From contig CM082591.2 in NCBI GenBank assembly GCA_040954595.2, positions 2,269,745 to 2,333,744 on the forward strand: a stretch of DNA of 64,000 nt, read 5' to 3'. Shown piece after piece: positions 36,201-47,392 of the stretch; the first letter of the stretch is position 1, and each line of letters starts with the position of its first letter. The notes under the pieces are model-generated. The model saw only the letters and a list, made by a program, of their open reading frames with translations. It made no database searches and had not been told where the DNA came from. The position numbers and the translations under genes are program-made. Origin of the DNA: Balanoglossus misakiensis (lineage: Eukaryota; Animalia; Hemichordata).

Positions 36201-39200
36201 AAATTTGCACAAAACAGTTTTTGGTCGTTTTTCCAAATTTGCATTAGACTCAAATCAGCTATATTTTTTACAACAATTCCCCTTACACTTTTAAGAATAG
36301 CCAGTTTTAAGAAAGTTGGTAGGTAGCATATCAGATTTTGATGAAAAATATCGACAAGATTTTGAAAAGAAATTTTAAAAAGTGAAAATTTGGCATGTAC
36401 AATACTAATGTAGTTTACATTTACCAAGCTGATATGCTTTCCAAGTTAGGCATCAGTTGAGTAGGGTCCACAAGCAAGTCAGGTTGAAATTTCTTTCTGA
36501 AGGCTTTTCTAGTCATATCTGTTCAAAATATTACGCAGATCCGAACCCTCTTCTATTCAGCTAGTTTGTAAAAATAATTGAAATTTGATGAACTTTTTGA
36601 AGTATCAACAAATGTGTGGAAATTTTTGCCCGATTTGTTCAAGTGGTCAGTTCTTACGAGTGGTCAGTTTTATCTATCAATCTGCCATCAACATTTAGTG
36701 TGTCTTTTTCTCATGATGTATTATACCTTTCAAGATGTCAAACGGCATCATGAGATTTGTTACAGTGAAACGCATATCTCTAGTGTTGTAAATTAAAGTG
36801 TCGTAAAAAAGTTTAATGAGAAATCCATTGATCCACTCAAGGAGAGAACTAACAGATATGGTTAGAATGCCTTCATTTTTTGAAAAACACCAAAACGGGT
36901 AAGTCGGGTAAGTTGCCAACAATATTGGAGGCAAATGGAAGACTTACTTCTGACTGGAGTTGTACCAAGTCCTGGACTGTTGCCATGCCAGCAAGTTCCC
37001 TTAGAAACAGTGAAGTGATTGGTTGGTTGTAGGTAAAAAAAATCTGGGTAATTTTGGTAGGTTGCATTTGGGAGAACAGCCCCAGTACAATGTGGACAGG
37101 TAAATCAAATTCTATGTTCAGTTGATTTTGCTAGTTCTAAGTTTACTTCTTATGAAAGCAAGTCTGTGGTAAGTCCTAGAAGTTTTTGAAAGTTCGTTGT
37201 GGAATTTTTGTACTGTTTGTGATGTGATTAATGCAGAAGGAAACTCATGTAATGTTGCAAGGTTCAGGTAAAGCGCTACACAGTAACAAATTACCACATT
37301 CAGGGAAACCAAAAAATGTCACAGATGAGTAAGTGGATACATTGTTGTAAGTGAAATGCAAAGTTGGATACATTGTTGTAAGTGAAAGTACAAAGTGGAC
37401 ACATTGTTGCAAGTGAACTGCAAAGTTGGATACATTGTTGTAAGTGAAAGTACAAAGTGGACACATTGTTGCAAGTGAACTACAAAGTTGGATACATTGT
37501 TGTAAGTGAAATGCAAAGTTGGATACATTGTTGTAAGTGAAAATACAAAGTGGGTACATTGTTGCAAGTGGAAGACAAAGTGGCTACATTGTTGCAAGAG
37601 AATTTTATTCAGGTGTACTGATATTCAAAATGCAGTACTTGGTAAGCTGCTGCATTGCTCAACAGGATTAGGGTAAAATGACAAAGTATTACAAATCCAA
37701 GGATTTGGGTAAACGGTTACATGAAGAAATTGATGCATTATTAAAATATTGAGGTATGGTGGGTGAAATTGAGGGTAAGGGTAAGATGGTACATGAGCGT
37801 AATGTGATACATTGTTACAATCCTAAGGATTCAGGTAAACCAATGTGTTGTTGCACAGACATGATTTTAGGTAAACTGTCACATCACAACCCAAGGAGTT
37901 GATGTGATTAAGTATATTTTAGTGGGGGTGGTTGAGTGTTTTGAACACATCAACATCTTAGTGTTTGAAAGTGCAGTTCAGTGAATGAAATCATTTGCTG
38001 GAAAGGTATATAGATGGTTAACCCTTTCTTTCATTCAGTAAGCGTTTATATATGTTGTACCTCTGGTCTGGCCCACCTGTGGTACATTGAGAAATGGTTT
38101 TTGCAGAGTTCAACAGAGCATATTGAAATATGAAAATATCCATCTGCATAAATTAAATATGGCCGAACTACAGTACTTGTCTTCACGCACAGAATGCTTC
38201 CACAAACCAAATGACCAGTTATATTTGTGAAAGCACTGTCTGCAGTGTAGATTCTGTGAAGATTAATACCCAGCTGGGGCCAGACTAGTGTGCCAAATGT
38301 CTCCCTGTCTGTACAGATGTCTACCTTCCATGTGTCGTCTGTACAGACTTGTGTTCACAGTCGAGACGTACCCACAACCCAGAAAACAGTTGTTTTTGTA
38401 CATGTTTTATGTTCACCTCGTTCAATATCATCCGATTTCCTGCGTTGGGTTCCTCGGAAAGAATAACGTGCATTTCAGATTTACAGGCTGTAATCCTGAC
38501 CAAACAGTAAGTATGAAAAAAAACTCTGAACTCGAACAACTCAAAGAAGTACACAACAGCCTGTTACAACAGATTCCTTTTAATTTTGTATCCTTGAACA
38601 GCTGCATACAAGTATGCAGACGGAAAGAAGATCGATGGCCGCCGAGTGTTGGTTGATGTGGAGAGAGCAAGAACTGTGAAAGGATGGCTGCCCAGACGAT
38701 TAGGTTTGTACGAGATTTAAGTTTCACAAAGTATTGGTACACTCCTTCTAAATCACTGTGTGTGCTCCATAGCATAGTTTGATTCCATAGCTAATTTAGT
38801 GAACGTTTTATTTTGTGTTTAGGAGGAGGATTGGGAAGTACTCGTAAAGGTGGACCTGATGTGAATATCCGTCATTCTGGACGAGAAGACATGATGTTGA
38901 AGTGAGTATTCTCATTGTTTTATGATTTACTCTCAATGTATTTATGTTATGATTCTACCTGGTGTTATACACCTCATAAGTATTTTTCTAGAACCCAGTG
39001 AATTATGTATTGATTATGTTATTGCTTTTGTCGTTTACAGCTCGTACCGAGATCGCGATGATGAAAGAGAACGGAGAGGAGGAGGAGGAGGAGACAGGGA
39101 CAGCAGGCGCAGGGATGCGGGTCGCAGAGATCGTGGGGAGAGGGAACACCGGGAACCCCGGGAACCTCGTAGGAAATCTAGAAGTCGCAGTCGGGAAAGA

Positions 39201-39980
39201 AAGAGGGAGAGAGAGCGTGACAGGGACAAAGATCGGGATAGGAGGAGGGATCGCGGTGATAGGGATCGGGACCGGGATCGGGAAAGGAAGCACCGTGATA
39301 GAGATAGGCGGGATAGGGATAGAGGCAGGGATCGAGACAGGGATAGGGATCGGGATAGAGAGAGGGAGGAAAGGGAAAGAGAAGAGAGACCCAGGGATGA
39401 GGCCCGGGAGAGAGATGATATGGAAGACATAGATCGGGAAAGGGAAGACAGATCTCGGGATAGGGAAAACCGGAATCGGGAAAGGGAAGACAGATCTCGG
39501 GATAGGGAAAACCGGGATCGGGAAAGGGAAGACAGATCTCGGGATAGGGAAAGGGAAGACAGGGATCGTGATCGGGAAAGGGAAGACATGGATCGGGATA
39601 GGGAAAGGGAAGACATGGATAGGGAAAGGGAAGACATGGATCAGGATAGGGAAGATCGGGATAGAGGAGATAGAGATCGGGATAGAGGAGACAGAGATCG
39701 GGATAGGGAAGACAGGGACCGGGATAGGGAAGGGAGAGACCGGGATAGGAGTAGGGGTAGAGACCGGGACAGAAATAGGGATAGGGACAGAGAGAGGGAT
39801 CTAGACAGAGATAATGAAGCAGAGATGTTCAGGGAGGAATATAACAACCGGCCAATGATAAAAGAAGAGGAGATAGAGGAAGGCGAAGAAATTGTTTTCA
39901 ATCATAAGCTAGAGCCCCCATCGCCACCTGAGGAGTTCATGATGCAGGAGATTACTGATGCAGAAATGGAACATCAATAA
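33236..39980 (+). CDS. SNRNP70: U1 snRNP 70 kDa protein, 529 aa, 9 coding exons
   Basis: Exons 33236-33379, 33875-33937, 34131-34185, 34497-34558, 34664-34726, 34854-34935, 38602-38703, 38823-38901 and 39041-39980 (1590 nt). [19 protein letters not shown]-terminus; RRM with [21 protein letters not shown] and [19 protein letters not shown]; RD/RE-rich tail. Confidence 0.98.
35199..35352. mobile_element. piggyBac-like (TTAA) MITE, family C, in the SNRNP70 long intron
   Basis: TTAA-actctttgaacacca ... tggtgttcaaaaag-TTAA inverted termini. Confidence 0.6.
35925..35996 (+). other. Candidate SNRNP70 poison exon (exon 7a-like) with three clustered donors
   Basis: Branch-like ttttaac (~35889), acceptor tttttgacacag|35925, donors at 35976 (gtatgt), 35983 (gtaagc) and 35997 (gtatat). 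In-frame TAA at 35984-35986. Confidence 0.55.
37333..37598 (+). repeat. ~31-bp tandem repeat, 9 copies, each with a GTAAGT/GCAAG 5' splice-site-like core
   Basis: Unit gttggatacattgttGTAAGTgaaatgcaaa; 5 copies carry GTAAGT and the rest GCAAG. Confidence 0.92.
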
Positions 39981-40810
39981 CCAGGTAGGAACTGGATTCT
40001 CTGTACCAGTACAACTGTAAACAGAAAGCCACTGGTCAACATTAATTGTACATTAGTGGAAATTTGTCAATTTAGTGTACTCCATTCACCCATTTTTTTT
40101 TTTTTGGTTCACAGAGTTTTCAAGTCGGCTGTTAGAGTCTTAACCAGCTGGGCGTCTACTACTAGCATATATGCAGCGACAAAGATACCAAGATACAGGC
40201 CATTTATATTTGTGCTGAGGTCCAAAACTCAGCAGCTGTGTAGTTTAGTTGAATAATGTAGTACATATTTAAGAGCGTAGGCGTAGGTCTGAACACAGCA
40301 AACTTCATACCAGTGGATTATGTTTTGAAGAGTAAGTTTCTGCCATTCATTGGCATTTACGGCAGTTTGCATTGAGTACAGTTGTTAATGCACTTGAATA
40401 AATAACTGGACCATGGAATTTTACTATAAGCAGAATTATTGAATTTCTCTGATTCATTTCAGTGAGTCGTTTTTCAATGCAAATCAATTACCATGTCACT
40501 ACTTTAATTAATGCGAGTCTTTTTAATACTTTCATAGTATGCATGATTGTCCAAGTTGTCCAACAGCTGAGCAAGTTTACGTTCAATTACGCTGGAAACC
40601 AGCTTTTAGGAGTCAACCAGTTTCAATGTCATTTCTGTTTTAAGAATAGGGCATTTCTGTTACTTTTTTCATAATGCTTTTGTCAAATTGATCATACAAA
40701 AGCTGCATTGACGATCCATTATTATTTCACTGAAACAAAGAGTTGTTACAATTAAATTTAATACAAAATGCTTGTTTTAGAAGTTAACCTTTGACCTTTC
40801 GTAATGAGAT

Positions 40811-40872
40811 AGGTAAGTACATCTTTGTCTAAGGTAAGTCATGTTTCCAGTCGATGGAATTAGAAGGTAAGC
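40811..40872 (+). promoter_or_regulatory. Three consensus 5' splice sites in the SNRNP70 3' UTR
   Basis: AG|GTAAGT (40813), AAG|GTAAGT (40834) and AAG|GTAAGC (40867); AATAAA at 41022. Confidence 0.6.
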
Positions 40873-42003
40873 TTGTTTGCAGACTTTAATCCGAATGAAT
40901 TTCATTGGAACCTCTGAAGAAGGGAGTTTTAGTTTGTTTTTGAAGCAGTTTGTGGAAATATATCAAGCAAAGTGTTGATTTTTTTTAAAACTTGAATGTG
41001 TAACTGTTACAAATGCCTGCCAATAAATGTTATTTTCAAATGACAAATGTGTTGACTGTTGTATTAAAACCTCCATGCTTTGTTGTACCAATACAGTTTG
41101 ACATTAAAGTCCTTGTGAACAATACTGGGTAAAATATTAAATCAACGTGATATAGCTGACAACTGATATGAGCAGCTCATGAAATGTTGCAGTAGATGAA
41201 ATGAAACACCCCACATTGTGTTTGTGGGTAGGTTGCAATCGAATATGTTATTGAAGTTGAGATGAAATGCAATACAATAAATTAAATTAAAACTTCCACT
41301 ACGGGTAATACATACCACTAGAATTAAATAAAGTTATAAATTAATGGAGGTGTAGCAATGTAATACACAATTAACCCAATTCTATTCGGATAACATCCTT
41401 TTGTAAACATGTCATTGCAAATTTTAGTCATGTCGTTGAGGGCGCTTATTATCAAGAAACAATACATGTACTCCTATCAATCTGTACTTTGTTTTACTCT
41501 TGCACTATTTATTGACACATCATTTAAAGAAAAAATCAAAATTTTCATTCCATCTCCGATGTAAAAACCAAGTACATGTAAATTTCTCATCTCCTGGACA
41601 CTATTTCAGTTGCATGTAAACATTCCTTTAGAAAATATATTGAAAATATATACAGTGCAAAAAATTTCAGTGTATTGAAAAAGGTGAGAAAATAAAAAAA
41701 CGTGAATGTACAGTACAAACAGTTAAAAATAGTGCAGTTTGACATAATACCAAAATAATGTATTTTCATTGTTTACATTTTCTATCTCAAAACTTTTAGA
41801 GAGAGAGAGCCCATGAAATACAGGTGACATATCATCTCTTCAAACTCATACTACAAAACAATTATTGCAATTTGATTTGACATCTAGCATAAAGTAAAAA
41901 CCCAGCAAGAATTATGTGGTGGGGCTCGGACCCAGAATATTGTAATTGTCCACGTGGGTGATCACCCCTTGGTGTTTTCAGTCAGCTGCGTTGACGTTCA
42001 TCT

Positions 42004-44217
42004 TCACATGTATGCATCACTGTACAGCTTGTCAGAGTGCTTGAACCTTTTAAACGTAACTAGCTTGTTACAAGGCTTGTTGGACCCCACTTGCAGCGAC
42101 TGCAGCGTTGACCAGCGATCGCTGCGAAGATCGTATGAATCCAGCATCAGATCTTTGACGCACACTCCGTCCGTGTCGTACACAAACTCCTTCATGATCA
42201 CGTACAGTTTATCGTGCAGTCTGTTGGCACTAACGATCTCAGTGTTTCTGTTGAACGTGTGGGGTATCGTTACACAGCGTTTCCACACGAACGTCGACAG
42301 GTCCAGAACCCACATGGTCGGATCGTCAGCACCCTCGGAGCTTCCCAGGATGTAGACGTCGAGGTCGACCAGGAACGCCGCCTTGAACTGACCCACGTTG
42401 GTCGGAGGGTGGTACTTGGATAACAGGTACCATTGGTTGAGATTCGGCAAGAAGAACTGCATGGTGTCCACGCTGGGATCACCGTTGAAGACGAACAAGC
42501 GATTTCTCTCCTCGTAGGATATCGCTATGGGACTACCGACACTGTCGAGTAACGGGGCCCCTTCCTGCCATTCGTCTGTCTGCGGATCGTACACCTCGAC
42601 TTCATCCAAGCAATATTTCCCGACACGCAACCCTCCAATACAGTAAATCTTCCCGGATAATGCACACGCAGCGTAATTCCATCGTTTGAATTTCATGGAC
42701 GCTTTCTGGGACCACGAATTGGCCACCGACGAATATCTCCACAGCTGGCCGCTTATATCTGAGAGCCCGGATATGCTGATGGTACCCAACACATAGATAT
42801 CGTTATTGAGCGTCACAACCGTGGCTGGTGTGAGGTCAGCACGTATAGACGGCAGTGCGCTCCACCTCCCGGTGCTGGGTTCGTACGATTCCACGGATAG
42901 CGTATTAATGCGGGAACTCACTCCACCAAGCATCACGATGACCTCGTTCGTCAACTTGTCACGTGCCTTGTAACGCTGACTGTTGTCTTCTTTATCTGAC
43001 AGTGGCGCCGGCTGACCGAGTTCATCTAAGTACTTGCTGACGACTGGTGACTGCATGATGCGTGACTCTGACTTCACCCGGTCCACGTAATTTCGATCAA
43101 TGAAGAGAAATCGCACACACTGCATGACGCTGTCGGCGTGTTGTTTCCGCGACGCGTCGTGGTTGATCCACCTGAGGACAGCATCGAGGACTGTGTCTTC
43201 CTCATTGATATTCAGATTGTCGTCCGAGATGATCCGGACGAGGTGATGTCGCGAGAGCTCTAAGAACTGCTCCGTCGGGTAAAGTTTGGAGAAGTTCTGG
43301 ATGGCCAGCTGGATGGCTGCTTTGTCCAGGACGGAGCTTAGAAATGCGGCTGACATATTGAGGACCTGTAGGCAGTTGGACGGCGACAGCTTCGACAGCA
43401 ATAACTCAGTACAGGTCTCCAGGAGTTTATCGGAGTGCATTTGAAAGTAGTTGGCCGTGACCAGCACGTCTTCCATGTCTTCGGCCGCGGCGACCAGCTG
43501 CGACGTGTAAATGAAATCCAGCAACACCTCGAAGATGTTCGCGGAGATTTCGTTCAGCGTGATGCGATGGCAGTTCCTCTCGTGCATATCGCTGGTGAAC
43601 ATCGCACGAAAGTAGTCGCTGCAACTCGCGAGCACGGCTCGGTGGCAGGAGAAGCGTCTGTCTTGGACGCGGATCTCTGCGTCGGTCAGGACTTCGGATT
43701 TTCGCATTTCGTTCAACTTCGCCAGGATGGTCGCCCCGTTGTTGACGTCGCAAAACTGTTGCTGTTTAGGGGTTCTTTTCAATTGCAACTTGCGCGCCCG
43801 CTTTCCATTCGACTGCTTGATGTGGAAGTGTTCGCACGCGTTAGCCAGCGCGGCCAGATTAAACGTCTTAGCGATACTCGCGACATCTCGGATGTTACTA
43901 TCATCGATGGTGATGTTTGATGTGTAAATGTAATTGATGACTTTGCTCAAAACCCTTGGGTCAATGTCGGTCAAGGTCACTGAGTCGACCTGTGTCCTTA
44001 CCTCTTTGCTTGGTCTGGGCAGATGACCGGTAGAGCTGGCGGCCGCCAGGACAACCTTGTGGCACTGGACGGTCGTGTCTCCTGCATGAACTGTGAAGTC
44101 AATCAGCTGACCCGTGCTTCTCAGTAGGTTCAGCAACATCAAAATGTTGCCCTGATGGCTGCAATCTGTTACCATGGTTTTGTGGCGTTTGCCTAAGTGA
44201 GAAGCCCCATTCCCCAT
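42004..44217 (-). CDS. Kelch-like protein with two BTB domains, BACK and Kelch repeats, ~737 aa, single coding exon
   Basis: BTB1 (DFTVHAG..VQCHKVVLAAAS), BTB2 (DAEIRVQDRRFSCHRAVLASCSDYFRAMF), BACK (EEDTVLDAVLRWINHD) and Kelch GG/W motifs. Likely start aagATGg MGNGASH after an acceptor at ~44245; the ORF-track start at 44271 is probably intronic. Confidence 0.93.
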   Translation of the reverse strand: MGNGASHLGKRHKTMVTDCSHQGNILMLLNLLRSTGQLIDFTVHAGDTTVQCHKVVLAAASSTGHLPRPSKEVRTQVDSVTLTDIDPRVLSKVINYIYTSNITIDDSNIRDVASIAKTFNLAALANACEHFHIKQSNGKRARKLQLKRTPKQQQFCDVNNGATILAKLNEMRKSEVLTDAEIRVQDRRFSCHRAVLASCSDYFRAMFTSDMHERNCHRITLNEISANIFEVLLDFIYTSQLVAAAEDMEDVLVTANYFQMHSDKLLETCTELLLSKLSPSNCLQVLNMSAAFLSSVLDKAAIQLAIQNFSKLYPTEQFLELSRHHLVRIISDDNLNINEEDTVLDAVLRWINHDASRKQHADSVMQCVRFLFIDRNYVDRVKSESRIMQSPVVSKYLDELGQPAPLSDKEDNSQRYKARDKLTNEVIVMLGGVSSRINTLSVESYEPSTGRWSALPSIRADLTPATVVTLNNDIYVLGTISISGLSDISGQLWRYSSVANSWSQKASMKFKRWNYAACALSGKIYCIGGLRVGKYCLDEVEVYDPQTDEWQEGAPLLDSVGSPIAISYEERNRLFVFNGDPSVDTMQFFLPNLNQWYLLSKYHPPTNVGQFKAAFLVDLDVYILGSSEGADDPTMWVLDLSTFVWKRCVTIPHTFNRNTEIVSANRLHDKLYVIMKEFVYDTDGVCVKDLMLDSYDLRSDRWSTLQSLQVGSNKPCNKLVTFKRFKHSDKLYSDAYM

Positions 44218-44919
44218 CTTGAGTTCTTCTTCAGGGACAATGACCTGTCGAATAATGACAAAATACTTCATACTTCTGTCTTCCTCTGATCTGAATTCCC
44301 AGGTTATTTTCTTGACCTCTGTATGACCTTATATCCAGGCATATCTCTTGGTATGCTTCACTCCACCAGACTGATATCAACCACAACAGACTGACATTAG
44401 ATCAGCATGTTTATTTGCTGGGCTTACTCGTATAAAAACAAGAATTTGGGAGATACCACTGCAGGAAACACTGAAATACTGACAGACCGCATACCAGCAA
44501 AAATACCATGATGTAAGGTCACACAGGGGTCAGGAAACAGACAACTTAAGTATTCCCCAAGGTGCAATGAACCCTTTGAAAATATCTACCTACCTTTAAT
44601 CTCAGACGTATTATTTGATGAGACCGTGCATATTAATTATGTTTGTTGGAGCTGGTGATTTTATGCCCTCATGTGTTGATCTTTGCATTCTTCAGTCTTC
44701 TGCAAACATTTTCTACCAGAGATGTATCTACACACGGTGTACAGGGACAACCTTTACAAGGCCCCTGGTGTAATGTGTCTTCTTCAAGACATCAACTGCA
44801 TGCATGCCTGTGCTTGTGTCTTAAGACATAGCATCCTGTTGGGGGGAAAAAATGAAGACTACTAGTATCTTTAACTTGCAATGTTTGGAAAGTTTTTGGA
44901 AAAAAAATAAAAGCTTGTA

Positions 44920-45097
44920 CAATACAACCTGTCTAAACCGAATCCTGTTTAATCTGGAAACCTGTCTATGCTGAACACCTTTTAATGTCCCTTTTGACAT
45001 AGAACCACATGTTAAAAGAACCTTTATGAAATGGACACCTCTGTAAACCGAACAATTTCTTCAGTCTGTTGGTGACCGGTTTAGAAAGGTTTTACTG
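44920..45097. mobile_element. Tc1/mariner-pogo-type MITE (family A), ~178 bp, TA target duplication
   Basis: TA-caatacaacctgtctaaaccg ... cggtttagaaaggttttactg-TA. Confidence 0.75.
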
Positions 45098-45873
45098 TAT
45101 ACTAGTTTGCCCTGCAGTACATTCAAATACAATCATTTGAACCAGGAAGTCCTACAATAATTCTTGCTGTATTTCCTTGTGATTTAGCGAAATTCGAAGC
45201 AGTTTTTTAAGAGACAATGACACTGCAATGTTCTTGTATTGTTGATAAAAATAGGTCACCTTACATTACGCGTGAAAACAAAAATTGCTCTAGAATATTA
45301 TGGATATGCACTAACACGCATAGCCCCAGAGTATATACAGTTTCTTTGTATGTTATTGGTTACATAATAGTTACCTGTCACCATGGTAATTGTACACAGG
45401 TCCCACGAGTGTGATTCGGGGTTACAACCACTTTCTTGAGATATGACCGTCTTGTCACGGCCCTTCCTTATCGAGTATAGTATCGCCGTTTCAATTGGAG
45501 GAACTGTGAAAACTACCTGACTATTAGCCAATCATGGTTCATTTCGTAATACCGTGGGAAGGGATATTTTACCACTTAGTACAGGGAGTACACGGAATGT
45601 ATGGTAAAACCCAGAAGATAATATTTCATGTTCTTAAAATATATTAACTCTACTGAGTCAAAAGCTGATGGTATATTGAATTTCTGAGATTATTAAACGA
45701 CAATAACGCTACGTTGTACTGTTAAGTCTCCAAATATGTAGGCTAAACCTGCCCACCCCTACTCACAATAGACCCACCATCCACTTCCGTTTTAAACGTG
45801 GCCTTAGCATCCGACTCGGTGCGATGTCCGTTGGAAGTAATCACAGTGGTTCTTGCTTCAAATTCGCATGAAT

Positions 45874-47392
45874 ATGTTTGAAATAACAGATTATCAGAGT
45901 AAGTGGATAACAATATACTTTGACCCGAAACGGTGGGCAGAAAAGTCATGGGGAAATAGACGTTCCAACCTGCTTTTTATAGAGGGCGTCATTTGACCAC
46001 CCATCTGAAATCGTCAGGTGTGAAACTTACATGTCATTTCGATTTCGTCTCTACGGTTGTCTGTTTATTTTCGTGTTCCGTAAGGACGTCGGTTTGTAAA
46101 CATTCACGACGGATATGACCATAGTTTTTTCATCTGCCCGAGACTTATTGTTATGTCTCCCAAAAGTCACACGATATGTCATTCAGTTGACATTCGTCTG
46201 AAAGCATAGATCCACATTGTATTGTAATGTACACAATAAATTACATGTACCGGTATATGCAGTATTGCGTCCCCAAATTGTCAATATTTCTCTATTTTAT
46301 CTGTTTACAGAAATTGGTGTAGGCCTGTCCGGCTTTGGTGTGTTTTTCTTATTCCTTGGAATATTATTTTTCTTTGATAAAGGACTCCTTGCGATAGGAA
46401 ATGTAAGTAGTCAGAACACACACGTTATCTAGACCTCAGAAACCGTAAATATCGCTAATAAATCAGTTTTGATATTGTTTTGGTTACATTTACATTTTTT
46501 CTGTTTATTTTGGTTTTCAGATACTCTTCCTTGCTGGACTAGGTTTTATTATAGGACTAGAAAGAACCTTCAGATTTTTCTTTCAAAAGCACAAACTTAA
46601 AGGAAGTGGATTTTTCTTTGGTGGAATACTGATAGTCTTAGTTGGCTGGCCTGTGGTTGGCATGGTCATTGAATTGTATGGCTTTTTCCTACTCTTCGGG
46701 TAAGTGCCATATTCCCCTTTCGCCACCATGGTTCAGTCCAAACCCATTGTTTGTTGGACCTCTAAAGAGGGAACTGGGGGTGAAAGGCTGAAAAAAATTG
46801 AATTTTCCCAGCTAACTGAACTGACTTCAGGAAAGCATGATTTTTTTCTTAACTGTTGTTTTGGTTTGTGTTCACAGAGGTTTTTTCCCAGTCGTTATTA
46901 ATTTTCTGAGGCGGATACCAGTGATAGGTCTGATATTAAATTTACCAGGAATAAGTCAGGTGAGTGCATCCCAGAGGAAGAGTTTTGCAACGTGTGTCTC
47001 TGTGGCACTGCTCAAGGATATAGATTAGTATGTTACTAATATATGATTTGTGTTGTCAAGGGTGCATGACAGACATTACTTACTGGCCTATATTTCTCCT
47101 GCTTAGAGCCAATGATCAGCCCAGGGTCCACATCCATTTCTATTGGGTTACTCACAAAATACAGCCATGTATGGATTAGGACGCCAGCACATGGTGTCTT
47201 GGACAAATCAGAGGCGAGTTGAATACCTTGCAATAAGTGGCCATGTTTTGTGTGTAACCCAATTATAATACACCTTTCAACATTAAATTTTGAAAGCAAA
47301 AACCATCATGATCTTATGAATAATCTACAACCTCTGTCTTCTTTTCTCCGCAGCTGGTCGGCAGATATGAAGAGACACGCATACAAGTTTGA
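45874..47392 (+). CDS. GOLT1B: Vesicle transport protein GOT1 (Golgi transport 1), 138 aa, 5 exons
   Basis: Exons 45874-45898, 46311-46402, 46521-46699, 46878-46959 and 47354-47392. MFEITDYQKIGVGLSGFGVFFLFLGILFFFDKGLLAIGN...GLERTFRFFFQKHKLKG; co-ortholog of GOLT1A/B. Confidence 0.95.
46714..46787. mobile_element. Second copy of MITE family B, in GOLT1 intron 3
   Basis: ccccttttcgccaccatggttcagtccaaacccattgttt...gggggtgaaagg matches 11138-11222. Confidence 0.6.

Noticed and set aside
38998-39901. Long alternative-frame and antisense ORFs (Ser/Leu/Arg- or Gly/Ile-rich)
   Set aside because: By-products of the RD/RE repeat in the last SNRNP70 exon.
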